Below are positions 1 through 9,693 of a stretch of DNA of 64,000 nucleotides, in pieces. The DNA is from Acidimicrobiales bacterium (GTDB lineage Bacteria > Actinomycetota > Acidimicrobiia > Acidimicrobiales > AC-9). The notes under the pieces are model-generated. The model saw nothing but the letters and a program-made list of their open reading frames with translations. It was not told the origin of the DNA and did not search any database. The position numbers were made by a program, and so were the translations under genes. Position 1 is the first letter of the stretch; every line of letters starts with the position of its first letter. The stretch is taken from the NCBI GenBank assembly GCA_051985455.1, contig JBPYEI010000042.1:12088-76087 (forward strand), in the 5' to 3' direction.

Positions 1-40
1 ATCAACCACCCGGACCACGCCTATCTCATCCGGACGGGGC

Positions 41-850
41 TCATCTGCGGGAGGCATAGCGGCGGACGATCTCGACGAGAATGTCCGGCGCTTCCTGGGG
101 AACGAGGTGGCCCACGCCCGCCACCCAGATCAGCTCGGCCTCGGGAATGGCGCCGGCCAGCTCCGCCGAGGCCCGGGGCGGCACCAGCCGATCACGGCGT
201 CCGGCGACGACGGCCGTCGGGACCCGTACCGAGCTCAACCTGGCTTCGAGGGAAGGTGTCTCGGCCAACAGCGCCCGCTGCTCGGTCACGAAGCTACGCC
301 ACGTCGCTCCGTCGCTCGCCCGCACGTCCTGCGCCGCAAACGGGATCGCCCGCACCGACGATCCCAGCGTTGGCGGAAGGCGGGTCGAGCGCCGCCGCAG
401 AGTCGGCAGCACCTGGCGCGACACCTGCCAACCGACAAAAGCCAGGCCCTCACCGAGGAGGGGCAGGCCGAGCAGTCGGTCAAAGAGCCCGAGGCTGTGC
501 CTGGTGCCGACGGAGCCGACCAGGACGAGGGCGCGCACCCGATCACGGTGGCGCAGAGCCATGGCCAGGCCCACGCCCCCACCGAAGCTGTGACCGACGA
601 CAGTCGCCTCCTCGACACCCTCGTCGTCCAGCAGGCCCACCAGGGCGTCGGCGTTGCCTGCCATCCCCGTCGCCTGTCCGCCCGTCCGACCGTAGCCAGG
701 TCGGTCGGGAACGAGCACGCGGTTGCTCGACGCCAGCCGACCAGCCACGTCGGCCCAGTTCGAGCCCACCCCCGGTTGGCCGTGGACCAGCAGCACGACG
801 GGTCCCTCGCCCTCGTCGGTGCTCGCCAATCGAGACCGGCGATCGGTCAC
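41..850 (-). CDS. Alpha/beta fold hydrolase
   Basis: LVHGQPG, DRPGYG and GHSFGG nucleophile elbow; C-terminal D..GH catalytic residues. Confidence 0.9.
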   Translation of the reverse strand: MTDRRSRLASTDEGEGPVVLLVHGQPGVGSNWADVAGRLASSNRVLVPDRPGYGRTGGQATGMAGNADALVGLLDDEGVEEATVVGHSFGGGVGLAMALRHRDRVRALVLVGSVGTRHSLGLFDRLLGLPLLGEGLAFVGWQVSRQVLPTLRRRSTRLPPTLGSSVRAIPFAAQDVRASDGATWRSFVTEQRALLAETPSLEARLSSVRVPTAVVAGRRDRLVPPRASAELAGAIPEAELIWVAGVGHLVPQEAPDILVEIVRRYASRR

Positions 851-889
851 AGGATCCTCGGCGGCATCACGGCGGCCGGAGCCTCCGGT

Positions 890-1759
890 TCACGCACCGG
901 TGGCGGTCGTCTCCTCGGCCCCGATCATCAGCGGGTTGCGAGCGACGAGGAAGACCCCCCAAGCCATGCAGATCAGTCCGATGATCTCCAGCGCGGGCGC
1001 GGGCCCGACCGTCGAGATGCGCTCACCCAGCGCAAACGCGCCGATGGCCACGCTCACCACCGGGTCGACGACCGTCAGGGTCGGCAGCGACCAACGCAGC
1101 GGCCCGGCCTGGAAGGCGCTCTGGACGACCACCATGGCCACCACGGCGCAGACGACCAGCGCGTAGGGCTCCCAGTCGCTCGACAGGGTGTGGACGATGC
1201 CGCTGTGGAACTCCTGCGCCGTCACCTTGGTGAGCGCCGCCGCCAGGCCGTAGAACAGACCGCCCGCGGCGGCGAGCAGTCCCGCCCTGACGGCGCCGGT
1301 CGTCGAGCGGGAGACGCCGACCATGACGGCGATGGGCACCAGCGTGCACGTCCCCGTGATGATCCAGGCCAGGTCGCTGGCCTGGTCGTGCCCGGGACCG
1401 GGCGAGGCGACGACGAGGAACAGGGACAGGCCCGCCACCGTGGCCGCCGACCCCAGCCACTCCGACGCCGTGAGCCGTCGCCGCGTGAACGCCGCGCCGA
1501 AGGGCAGTGCGAACAGCAGACCGCTGACCAGCAGGGGCTGGACGAGCACGAGCGAACCGTGGTCGAGGGCGATGAACTGGAGGACGAACCCGGCGCCGTC
1601 GGCCAGGATGCCGATCACCCACAGAGGCCGGGCGAGCAGGCCCACGAGCAAGCCGAAACGCAGTGATCGCTCCGCCGGAGCCTCGCCCGCGGCGCGCTGC
1701 TGGAACACCGACGCCGTGGCGTAGAGCAGCGCTGCGCCGAGGGCGGCGAGAACGGGCAT
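890..1759 (-). CDS. DMT family transporter
   Basis: About 9-10 hydrophobic segments; actinobacterial DMT motifs QQRAA, LVQPLL and QSAFQAGPL. Confidence 0.8.
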   Translation of the reverse strand: MPVLAALGAALLYATASVFQQRAAGEAPAERSLRFGLLVGLLARPLWVIGILADGAGFVLQFIALDHGSLVLVQPLLVSGLLFALPFGAAFTRRRLTASEWLGSAATVAGLSLFLVVASPGPGHDQASDLAWIITGTCTLVPIAVMVGVSRSTTGAVRAGLLAAAGGLFYGLAAALTKVTAQEFHSGIVHTLSSDWEPYALVVCAVVAMVVVQSAFQAGPLRWSLPTLTVVDPVVSVAIGAFALGERISTVGPAPALEIIGLICMAWGVFLVARNPLMIGAEETTATGA

Positions 1760-1786
1760 CGTTCCGCGACGATACGTTGTGGCCGC

Positions 1787-2527
1787 ATGCCGAGGAGAGG
1801 GCGCGTCCGGTCAGAGGTCATCGTCGGCGCCGCCGCCGCCGGTCTGGCCGTCACCCACTTCGGCCCCGCCGCCGTCCGCCTGGTGCCGTCGGCGCACCGT
1901 CTCCTCCCCCGCCTCCACGGGGTGGGCCGCCCCGATCATCTGGCCCTCACCTTCGACGACGGTCCCGACCCGCGGTCCACCCCGGCGTTCCTCGAAGATC
2001 TGGCCCAGAGGGGATGGACAGCGACGTTCTTCATGCTCGGCACCATGGTCCGACGGGCTCCGGGCCTGGTCGCCGAGGTGGCCGCCGCCGGTCACGAGAT
2101 CGGCGTCCACGCCGATGAGCACCGCTCCCACCTCCGGAGGTCACCGGGCGCCGTGCTCGACGACCTGTCCCGCGCCATCGATCTCGTGGGGACCACGACG
2201 GGCAGCCGACCCGTCTGGTTCCGCCCTCCATACGGCACCATCTCCGGCGGTACCGTGCTGGCCGCCAGGCGTCTCGAGGTGCAACTCGTGCTATGGACGT
2301 GCTGGGGCAAGGACTGGCGTGCTACCGCCACGCCGGCCAGCGTCATCGGCGAGGTGGAGCGCGGGCTCTCGCCGGGAGCGACCGTCGTCCTGCACGATTC
2401 CGACTGCGTGTCGGCCCCCGGCGCGTGGCGCTCTGCCCTCGGCTCGCTCCCGCTGCTGGCCGAGGTTGTCCAGCAGAGGGACTGGAAGGTCGGTTCCCTC
2501 GGCGACCACGGAGTGCCCGGGCGCTGA
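1787..2527 (+). CDS. Polysaccharide deacetylase (NodB/CE4)
   Basis: LTFDDGP, H-x3-H (HADEH), FRPPYG and VLHD motifs. Confidence 0.9.
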   Translation: MPRRGRVRSEVIVGAAAAGLAVTHFGPAAVRLVPSAHRLLPRLHGVGRPDHLALTFDDGPDPRSTPAFLEDLAQRGWTATFFMLGTMVRRAPGLVAEVAAAGHEIGVHADEHRSHLRRSPGAVLDDLSRAIDLVGTTTGSRPVWFRPPYGTISGGTVLAARRLEVQLVLWTCWGKDWRATATPASVIGEVERGLSPGATVVLHDSDCVSAPGAWRSALGSLPLLAEVVQQRDWKVGSLGDHGVPGR

Positions 2528-2538
2528 GGCCTCGGCCG

Positions 2539-3315
2539 TCAGGGCGCCGGATGGCCTGGCGTACCCACGCCCGCCCCCACTTCGGGCATCCGTGACGTGG
2601 GCCGCCGGCTGAACACTCTGACCAGACCCCACCAGGTGACCAGCGCCAGCGCCTCGACGATGATGCGCATCGACATCTTGGAGCGACCCTCGACGCGGTC
2701 GACGAACCGGATCGGCACCTCGGTCACGCGCCCGCCGGCGATGGCGGCCCGGTGCACCATCTCGATCTGGAACCCGTACCCGTCGGCTCGGACGGCGCCC
2801 AGATCGATGCGGCGGAGGATGCCGGCGGAGTAGGCCCGGTAGCCAGACGTCAGATCGGTGACATCCAGCCTGAGCAACAGGGCGGCGTACACGTTGCCGG
2901 CCCGTGAGAGCGCCCGCCGGTGGACCCCCCAGTTGGGCATGGAGCCGCCGGGCACGTAGCGGGACCCGACCACGACGTCGAGCCCCTGGCGCAGCGGCGC
3001 CAGCAGATCCGGAAGCGCGGCCGGGTCGTGAGACAAGTCGCTGTCCATCTCCACGAAGGCGTCGAACCCGCGTTCGAGCCCCCACGCGAACCCGTCGCGG
3101 TACGCACTTCCGAGCCCGGCCTTGCCCGGGCGTCGCAGCACGTCGACTCCCCCGATCTCAGCGCCGACGCTGAGGGCCAGATCGGCCGTGCCGTCCGGAC
3201 TGGCGTCGTCGACGACCAGCACGTGAGCGTCGCCGTCGGCGCCGCGAACACGCCGCAGGACGGTGGCGATGTTCTCAGCCTCCTGGTAGGTGGGGAGGAC
3301 GACCAGGACCTTCAT
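2539..3315 (-). CDS. Polyprenol monophosphomannose synthase (GT2)
   Basis: LPTYQEAENI, VDDASPDGT, GLGSAY, EMDSDLSH, GSRYVPGG and GYGFQIE; start taken at MKVLVV. Confidence 0.88.
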   Translation of the reverse strand: MKVLVVLPTYQEAENIATVLRRVRGADGDAHVLVVDDASPDGTADLALSVGAEIGGVDVLRRPGKAGLGSAYRDGFAWGLERGFDAFVEMDSDLSHDPAALPDLLAPLRQGLDVVVGSRYVPGGSMPNWGVHRRALSRAGNVYAALLLRLDVTDLTSGYRAYSAGILRRIDLGAVRADGYGFQIEMVHRAAIAGGRVTEVPIRFVDRVEGRSKMSMRIIVEALALVTWWGLVRVFSRRPTSRMPEVGAGVGTPGHPAP

Positions 3316-3447
3316 GGCGGAGCAGCATACGGGACCACACCCGGACTTTGGTGACATCGCGGGCACGAGTGTCGGCCCCGGGCCGGCGGCGCCATGCAAC
3401 GATGGGGGCCATGCGACGCGGCGCGTGCGAATGACCCTTCAGGCTCG

Positions 3448-4680
3448 ATGACGAGCACCGACGACCAGCCGCACGACGCCCAGCGTCGAGCCCGGAGCAG
3501 GAGCATTCTGTCCCGGTCGGTCCGCCATGCCGTCACCCTGCTGGTACTCGGCCTAGTCATCGAGTACCTGGTGCTCCCCCAGCTGGCCGGCGCCGGCAAA
3601 GCTCTCCACCTCCTCGGCCAGGTCAATCTCGGCTACGCAGCCGGCGGTGTCGTCCTCGAGGTCGCGGCGTGGCTGGCCTACGCCCAGCTGACCCGCGCCG
3701 TGCTCCCCCACACCGCACCGGCGCGCTTCACGATCCTCCGGATCAACATGACCACACTGGCAGTGAGCCACGTCCTGCCGGCGGGCACCGCCGGAGGTAC
3801 CCCGGTCGGGCTCGGCCTGCTGACCGAGAACGGCGTCAGCGGTGCCGACGCCACCTTCGCCGTGGCGACCCAGGGCATCGGCTCGGCCGTGGTGCTCAAC
3901 GTGCTGCTGTGGATCGCGCTCGTCATCTCCATCCCGCTGCGGGGTTTCAACCCGTTGTACGGCATCGCCGCGCTCGTCGGCGTCCTCCTCGGGGCCGGCG
4001 TCGCCGCCCTGGTGATGCTGTTCACGCGGGGCGAGGATCGTGCCGCGCGCATCGTGCGCCGGCTGGCATCCCGCGTGCCCTTCCTCGACGAGGACGTCGT
4101 CACTGCCGGCGTCCGGCGGGTCGCCACTCGCCTGCGCGAGCTGTCGCGGGACCGTCGGGTGCTGGGGCGGGCGGTGGGCTGGGCGGCGGCGTTCTGGTTG
4201 TCGGACGCCGCGTCCCTCTGGGTGTTCCTCGCCGCCTTCGGGCACTTCATGACTCCCTACGGCCTGCTCGTGGCCTACGGGCTGGCCCAAGTCCTGGCGT
4301 TCATCCCCATAACTCCCGGCGGGCTCGGGATCGTCGAGGGCGTCCTGGTGCCCACGCTGGTGGGGTTCGGCTCACCTCGCGGCGTCGCCATCCTCGGCGT
4401 GATCACGTACCGGCTGGTGAACTTCTGGCTGCCGATCCCGGTGGGAGCGCTCTCCTACCTCTCGCTGCGGGTCGAGCCCGGTGCGACGCGCCGGCGCCGC
4501 GCCGAGGAGCTCGAGGAGCTGGCCGAGGCAGCCGGCCGCGAGGCCGAGGACCGTCGTCACTGGGCCGCCCGACACGGGCTGCGCGCGCCGCACGGCCGTC
4601 CGCCCGCTGGGGGCACGGACGAGCAGGCAGACGGGTCCGATGACGCTCAGTCGCACGAGAGGGACCCCCCAGCCGACTGA
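3448..4680 (+). CDS. Lysylphosphatidylglycerol synthase TM / flippase-like membrane protein
   Basis: Multiple TM helices; PITPGGLGIVE and YRLVNFWLP motifs. Confidence 0.8.
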   Translation: MTSTDDQPHDAQRRARSRSILSRSVRHAVTLLVLGLVIEYLVLPQLAGAGKALHLLGQVNLGYAAGGVVLEVAAWLAYAQLTRAVLPHTAPARFTILRINMTTLAVSHVLPAGTAGGTPVGLGLLTENGVSGADATFAVATQGIGSAVVLNVLLWIALVISIPLRGFNPLYGIAALVGVLLGAGVAALVMLFTRGEDRAARIVRRLASRVPFLDEDVVTAGVRRVATRLRELSRDRRVLGRAVGWAAAFWLSDAASLWVFLAAFGHFMTPYGLLVAYGLAQVLAFIPITPGGLGIVEGVLVPTLVGFGSPRGVAILGVITYRLVNFWLPIPVGALSYLSLRVEPGATRRRRAEELEELAEAAGREAEDRRHWAARHGLRAPHGRPPAGGTDEQADGSDDAQSHERDPPAD

Positions 4681-4717
4681 CGGCCAACTGCGACACGACG
4701 GCCAAACGGGGGCGGTG

Positions 4718-5470
4718 CTACCTGCCTTGGCTCCCTCCGCGCCGCTCGCCTGGCCAGGGCACCTGCTCGGTCCAACTGGTGGCGGTGTTGGAGCCGGGCC
4801 CGGTGGCCGGGGGCGGGACCGCGGTCTGGCCGGGTCCCGGCTCGGTCGCCGGAGCCGCCGCCCGCTCGGCCTGCCCTTCCCCGCCGGCGCCCCGTTCTAG
4901 GGCCTTCTCCGGCTCGAGACCCTCGATCTCGCCCAGGGCGGCGTCGATGGCGTCCAGCCGGGCGACCACGTCCTCGGCCGAGCGATCGCCGCCACCCAGC
5001 CCTTTGGCGCTGACGGTAGTCCGCATGCGCTCGGCGACCTGCTCCACCTTCACCACCTGAGGCTCGATCTCGGCGAAGAGCCGTCGGCGAATCGGACGGG
5101 GTTGGCGTTCGGCGGCGACCAGCCGGCGGTCGACCGAGACGGCCAACTCCAGCAGCTCGCCGACGAGGTCCTGCCACGGAGCCTGCTGACGCACTCCCCC
5201 CCACCGCGTGCTCTCGACCGGCCCCACCGACAGCACAGAGCTGGTCGCCACCACCAGGCGACGGTGCATCACGGCGGCGGGCGAGAGCGACCACCGCCAT
5301 CGGAGGGGCACGTTCACCCCCCGGACACCGGGCGCCAGGAGAAGCGGTCGTCTGAGGCGGCGAGCCACGACAACGCCCGCCACCGCCGCCATCAGGACGG
5401 TCAACGCCACGACCAGGGCGATGACAGCCAACACGTCCGAGAGGGACACCGCCAGCATGCGACCAGTCAC
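4718..5470 (-). CDS. Hypothetical membrane-anchored helical protein
   Basis: N-terminal TM segment followed by a coiled-coil-like region; directly downstream of the NUDIX gene on the same strand. Confidence 0.65.
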   Translation of the reverse strand: MTGRMLAVSLSDVLAVIALVVALTVLMAAVAGVVVARRLRRPLLLAPGVRGVNVPLRWRWSLSPAAVMHRRLVVATSSVLSVGPVESTRWGGVRQQAPWQDLVGELLELAVSVDRRLVAAERQPRPIRRRLFAEIEPQVVKVEQVAERMRTTVSAKGLGGGDRSAEDVVARLDAIDAALGEIEGLEPEKALERGAGGEGQAERAAAPATEPGPGQTAVPPPATGPGSNTATSWTEQVPWPGERRGGSQGR

Positions 5471-5479
5471 CGATCGATC

Positions 5480-5953
5480 CTACGTCCGCGCCCGAACGAG
5501 TGTCGCGGCGATGCCGATCAGCTCGCGATCCCGCTCGTATGTGGCCATCGCCTTGGCCTCGTCGACGTTCTGCCACAAGGCCTCATCGATCTCGCCCGTC
5601 GCGTAGGCGCGCGGCGTCACGGCGTCGCCCACCGGGTGCATGAGCCAGAAGCGCACCTCCTTGGGCCGGCCCTTCCTGTCGCGGTACCGGCTGGCCGGGA
5701 GGGCCTCGTCCACCTCGCACGCCAGCCCCGTCTCCTCCTGGACTTCACGCAGGGCAGCCGTGATGTGGTCCTCGCCCGGATCGAGCTTGCCCTTGGGCAG
5801 CGACCAGTCCGCGTACCGAGGTCGGTGCACCAGCACGACCTCGACCTGACCGCCCTCGCCCTGCCGCCAGACGACACCGCCGGCGGCGAGGACAACTGGT
5901 TCGGCATCGGCGGGGCGGCCTCCGGCGCCCGGTGTGTCGTCCGGCTCCGGCAC
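5480..5953 (-). CDS. NUDIX hydrolase (MutT1-like N-terminal domain)
   Basis: AAGGVV, HRPRYADWSLPKGKLDPGE..AALREVQEETG Nudix box; GTG start inferred. Confidence 0.88.
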   Translation of the reverse strand: MPEPDDTPGAGGRPADAEPVVLAAGGVVWRQGEGGQVEVVLVHRPRYADWSLPKGKLDPGEDHITAALREVQEETGLACEVDEALPASRYRDRKGRPKEVRFWLMHPVGDAVTPRAYATGEIDEALWQNVDEAKAMATYERDRELIGIAATLVRART

Positions 5954-5961
5954 CGGACGGC

Positions 5962-7476
5962 TCAGGCCAGCCACGACCGCAGCGACTTGCGATGTGCTGC
6001 GCCCCAAGCCTCTGGCCACTGCCGCCGCGACTCTTCGGACGCCACGGCGGCGAAGCCGAGCAGCTCGCCGATGGCGACGGCCTCGGCGATCGAGGTGTCC
6101 TTCGTGATGCCGGCGCGCAACCAGCTCGTGGCGACCACCGCGTCCTGAAGCCGGCCGAGCACGTCCTGGAGCCCGGCGACGGCAGCGGCGAACCGCTTGG
6201 CCGGCCGGCCCTCGACCCCGATCACGGCCTCGGCTGCGTACCGGCACCGCTTGGCCATGATGCGGACGCGGTGGAGCTGCTCGTCGGCGGGCTCGCCCCC
6301 GAGCTCGGCGACCGACCTCTTGAGCTTGCGCCAGGCCTTGCCGACCAGTGCCGCGGCGACGTCTTCGGCGGGCTTCTCGGCGTCGGCAGTGAGCCGGGGA
6401 TTCGCCACGCCGTCGACGAGCGCGTCGAGCAGGGACACGTAGCGCTCGCTGTCGAGCGCTTCGAACAGGGTCTCGAGCGACCGGTCACGGGACGACGTCA
6501 ACCGGTCCATGAGGGCGTCCACCGGGGGACGGTCCTGCGCCGGCATGCGACCGGTCTCGGTCCGGAGGCGATCGAGGAGCACATCGGCGTCGCGAACCTC
6601 TCCCAGCGGCCCGGCCAGCCAGCCGAGCTCCTGGCGCAGCCGGTCGGCCCATTCGGGGTCGACCAGCGTCTGGAAGGTGCGCAGGTCGGAACGGAGCCGC
6701 CGGGTGGCCACTCGGGCCTGGTGGACCTCCTCGGGATCCTCGTCGAGGCGTACACCGGGGTCGTGGGTCACCAGGCGGTGCAGACCCGAGGCCAGCGCGG
6801 CTCGGACCATGGCGCCCGCGATGGCACCGTCGCCTGGTGGCTCGACGTGACCGTCAGGAGGTGCCTGGGCAGGCGGACCGAGCGCGCGCACGACCTTCGG
6901 CAGCGGGACCGGATCCTCGGCTCCCGCTTCGCGCAGGCGCTTCGCCACCTCTTCGGCTACCCATTGGGGCGCGTCCGGCGCCAGCTCGACCTCGACCTCC
7001 CGGAACCGGGCCAGTACCCGCCGCCCGTCCATGACCGAGACCACGTCGTCGTCGATCTCCGCCAGCGGACGGCCGTCGACATCGGCCACCTGGTGCCGCG
7101 TGCGTTGGCTGTCGAGGCGGGCCACCCGCCTCAGCGTGGAGCTGCGAACGTAGGCCGTGACCAATCGCGCCACCGCCACCGGCACCGAAGCCGAGGCGCC
7201 CTCGAAGTCGAGCTCTCGCCTGGTGAGCGTCGACGACCGGGAACCGCCGGGCAGCTTCAGTGTCCACCGCCCGCCACTGCTGTCCTCGCCCTCCTCGACC
7301 CTGTACCGCAGGCTGACGCCGGAACGGGCCAGGCGCAGGTCGGGCGTGTCCCAGTAGGCGGCGCGCAGTCGACGGGGCGGAATGGCGGTCACCACCGCGT
7401 CCGGGATCGCTTCGGTCAGATCGGGCAGGGTGAAGTGCGGGGAAGCCGCCAGCTTGATCTCCCGCTCGACGGCCAT
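5962..7476 (-). CDS. CYTH and CHAD domain protein (polyphosphate-associated)
   Basis: EREIKL CYTH start, YWDTPDLRL and EVEVE; CHAD motifs VHQARVATRRLRS, LHRVRIMAKRCRY and QDVLG. Confidence 0.9.
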   Translation of the reverse strand: MAVEREIKLAASPHFTLPDLTEAIPDAVVTAIPPRRLRAAYWDTPDLRLARSGVSLRYRVEEGEDSSGGRWTLKLPGGSRSSTLTRRELDFEGASASVPVAVARLVTAYVRSSTLRRVARLDSQRTRHQVADVDGRPLAEIDDDVVSVMDGRRVLARFREVEVELAPDAPQWVAEEVAKRLREAGAEDPVPLPKVVRALGPPAQAPPDGHVEPPGDGAIAGAMVRAALASGLHRLVTHDPGVRLDEDPEEVHQARVATRRLRSDLRTFQTLVDPEWADRLRQELGWLAGPLGEVRDADVLLDRLRTETGRMPAQDRPPVDALMDRLTSSRDRSLETLFEALDSERYVSLLDALVDGVANPRLTADAEKPAEDVAAALVGKAWRKLKRSVAELGGEPADEQLHRVRIMAKRCRYAAEAVIGVEGRPAKRFAAAVAGLQDVLGRLQDAVVATSWLRAGITKDTSIAEAVAIGELLGFAAVASEESRRQWPEAWGAAHRKSLRSWLA

Positions 7477-7481
7477 CGACG

Positions 7482-9638
7482 CTACGTCCGCGGCGCCGAC
7501 GCCAACTTGTCCGGTTCCCTCCGCCGTTGGGCACGTTCCAGAGCCGCCGCCATCAGGCTCCGCTGAGTGCTGATCCCGGTCTCGGTCGGCACCCTCGACC
7601 ACCAGCCGTCGGGGCCGAGCGTCCAGGCCTGCACGTCGTCAGCCAGAAGCAGCTCCAGGACCTCTCGCAGCCGCCCGCGCAGCTCGGGGTCGCTGACCGG
7701 CACGGTCGCCTCGATGCGCCGGTCGAGGTTGCGCCGCCGCAAGTCCGCCGACCCGATGAGCATCGTCTCCGGGCGCTCGCCCACTCCCCCGAAGCTGAAG
7801 ATCCGCGAGTGCTCGAGAAAGCGGCCCACGATCGAGCGAACGCGGATCGTGTCCGACAGGCCGGGTACGCCAGGGCGCAGGCAGCAGATGGCCCGGACCA
7901 TGAGATCTATCGGCACACCAGCTGCGGATGCGGCATAGAGGGCGTCGATGATCGCTGGATCGTCCAGTCCGTTCACCTTCATCACGATGCGCCCCGCCGG
8001 ACCGGCGGCCGCCTCCTCCTCGATGAGCTCGATGATCCTGGCCCGCATGGCCACCGGCGCCAGGATCAGCCGCCGGTACGTCGAGCGGCGGCTGTAGCCC
8101 GTGAGGAAGTTGAACAGGTCGGTCAGGTCGGCCCCGAGCTCGGGGTCGGCGGACAGCACCCCGAGGTCCTCGTACAGCCGGGCTGTCTTGGAGTTGTAGT
8201 TGCCCGTGCCCACGTGGCAGTAACGACGGACGACGCCATCGCCCTCCTGGCGCACGACCAAGGCGGTCTTGGAGTGGGTCTTGAGCCCCACCAGGCCGTA
8301 GACCACGTGCACGCCCGCCTCTTCCAGGGCCTTGGCCCAGGCGATGTTGGCCTGCTCGTCGAAACGGGCCTTGAGCTCCACCAGCGCGGCGACCTGGGTG
8401 CCCTGCTCGGAGGCCCGGATGAGACTGTGGACGATGGGGCTGTCGCCCGAGGTGCGGTACAGCGTCGCTTTGATGGCGAGCACGTTCGGGTCATCGGCGG
8501 CCTGCGCGATGAAGGCCTCGACCGAGGTGGAGAACGAGTCGTAGGGGTGTTGGACGAGCACGTCCCGCTCGCGGATCACGGCGAAGAGGTCGACGGCCTC
8601 GTCCCCCGCCGTGGCCAGCCGGGGCTGCGTCATGGGAGCCCAGGCCGGGTCGTGGAGATCGTGCCGCTCGAGGGCGTGCACCGCCCACAGCCCCTCGAGG
8701 CCGAGGGGTCCTTCGACGCGGTAGACGTCGTCGGGGCCGATCTCCAGCTCCCGGGCCAGCAGCTCGGCCACCTCCGACCCGGCCCCCGCGTCGAGCTCCA
8801 GCCTCACGGCCCGGCCGAAGCGTCGCCGCCTGAGCTCCATCTCGACCGCGACCAGCAGATCGTCGGCCTCCCCCTCTTCGAGCGTGAGGTCGGCGTTGCG
8901 GGTCACCCGGAACGGGTAGTGGGCGCCGATCTCCATGTCGGGGAACAGCGCGTCGAGGTGGGCGGCGATCACCTCTTCGAGGGCCACGAACCGGTCCCCG
9001 CTGGGCAGGACGAGGAACCGGGGCAGCAGCGGCGGCACCTTGACCCGAGCGAAGCGCTGGTCGCCCGTGACCGGATCGCAGACCATCACGGCGAGGTTGA
9101 GCGAGAGATTCGAGATGTACGGGAAGGGATGCCCCGGGTCGACCGCCAGCGGGGTCGGCACCGGGAAGACGAGCCGCTCGAAGACCTCGTCGAGGTGCTT
9201 TCGGTCGTCGTCGGCGAGGGCGTCCCAGCTGGAGAGGTGGAGCCCGGCGTCATCGAGGGCGGGAACGATCTCGCCGAGGAAGATGGCGCTGAGGCGAGCG
9301 ACCATCTGCTCGAGCTTGGGTCGGATGGCCCGAAGCTGCTCGGCGGGGCTGCGGCCGTCGGGCGAACGCGACACCAGCCCCGCCGCCACCTGGTCCTTGA
9401 GCCCCGCCACGCGCACCTGGAAGAACTCGTCCAGCCGCTCGCTGAAGATGGCCAAGAACTTGACTCGCTCCAGCAAAGGCACGTCGGCGCTCTCGGCCAG
9501 GTCGAGCAGGCGCGCGTTGAAATCGAGCTCGGAGAGCTCCCGGTTGAGGTAACGGACGGCGGGATCCTGAGGGTCGAGCTCCCCGCCGGCCGACTCCTCA
9601 TCCCCTCCTGACAGGATGTGGCCGGTATTCACCGCCAT
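7482..9638 (-). CDS. ppk1: Polyphosphate kinase 1
   Basis: LDEFFQVRVAGL, HPFPYISNLS, HPYDSF, ELKARFDE, GLKTHSK, TGNYN and GRFLEHSR. Confidence 0.97.
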   Translation of the reverse strand: MAVNTGHILSGGDEESAGGELDPQDPAVRYLNRELSELDFNARLLDLAESADVPLLERVKFLAIFSERLDEFFQVRVAGLKDQVAAGLVSRSPDGRSPAEQLRAIRPKLEQMVARLSAIFLGEIVPALDDAGLHLSSWDALADDDRKHLDEVFERLVFPVPTPLAVDPGHPFPYISNLSLNLAVMVCDPVTGDQRFARVKVPPLLPRFLVLPSGDRFVALEEVIAAHLDALFPDMEIGAHYPFRVTRNADLTLEEGEADDLLVAVEMELRRRRFGRAVRLELDAGAGSEVAELLARELEIGPDDVYRVEGPLGLEGLWAVHALERHDLHDPAWAPMTQPRLATAGDEAVDLFAVIRERDVLVQHPYDSFSTSVEAFIAQAADDPNVLAIKATLYRTSGDSPIVHSLIRASEQGTQVAALVELKARFDEQANIAWAKALEEAGVHVVYGLVGLKTHSKTALVVRQEGDGVVRRYCHVGTGNYNSKTARLYEDLGVLSADPELGADLTDLFNFLTGYSRRSTYRRLILAPVAMRARIIELIEEEAAAGPAGRIVMKVNGLDDPAIIDALYAASAAGVPIDLMVRAICCLRPGVPGLSDTIRVRSIVGRFLEHSRIFSFGGVGERPETMLIGSADLRRRNLDRRIEATVPVSDPELRGRLREVLELLLADDVQAWTLGPDGWWSRVPTETGISTQRSLMAAALERAQRRREPDKLASAPRT

Positions 9639-9693
9639 GGCGCCAGGTTAGCCGGCCGATGGTGCCGACAGCCCGGGACGAAGGAGCGACGAG

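Noticed and set aside
3343-3355. GGACTTTGGTGAC, resembling the FixJ-module motif
   Set aside because: Half-match lacking the GGTCTAT part and far from the module; may be chance
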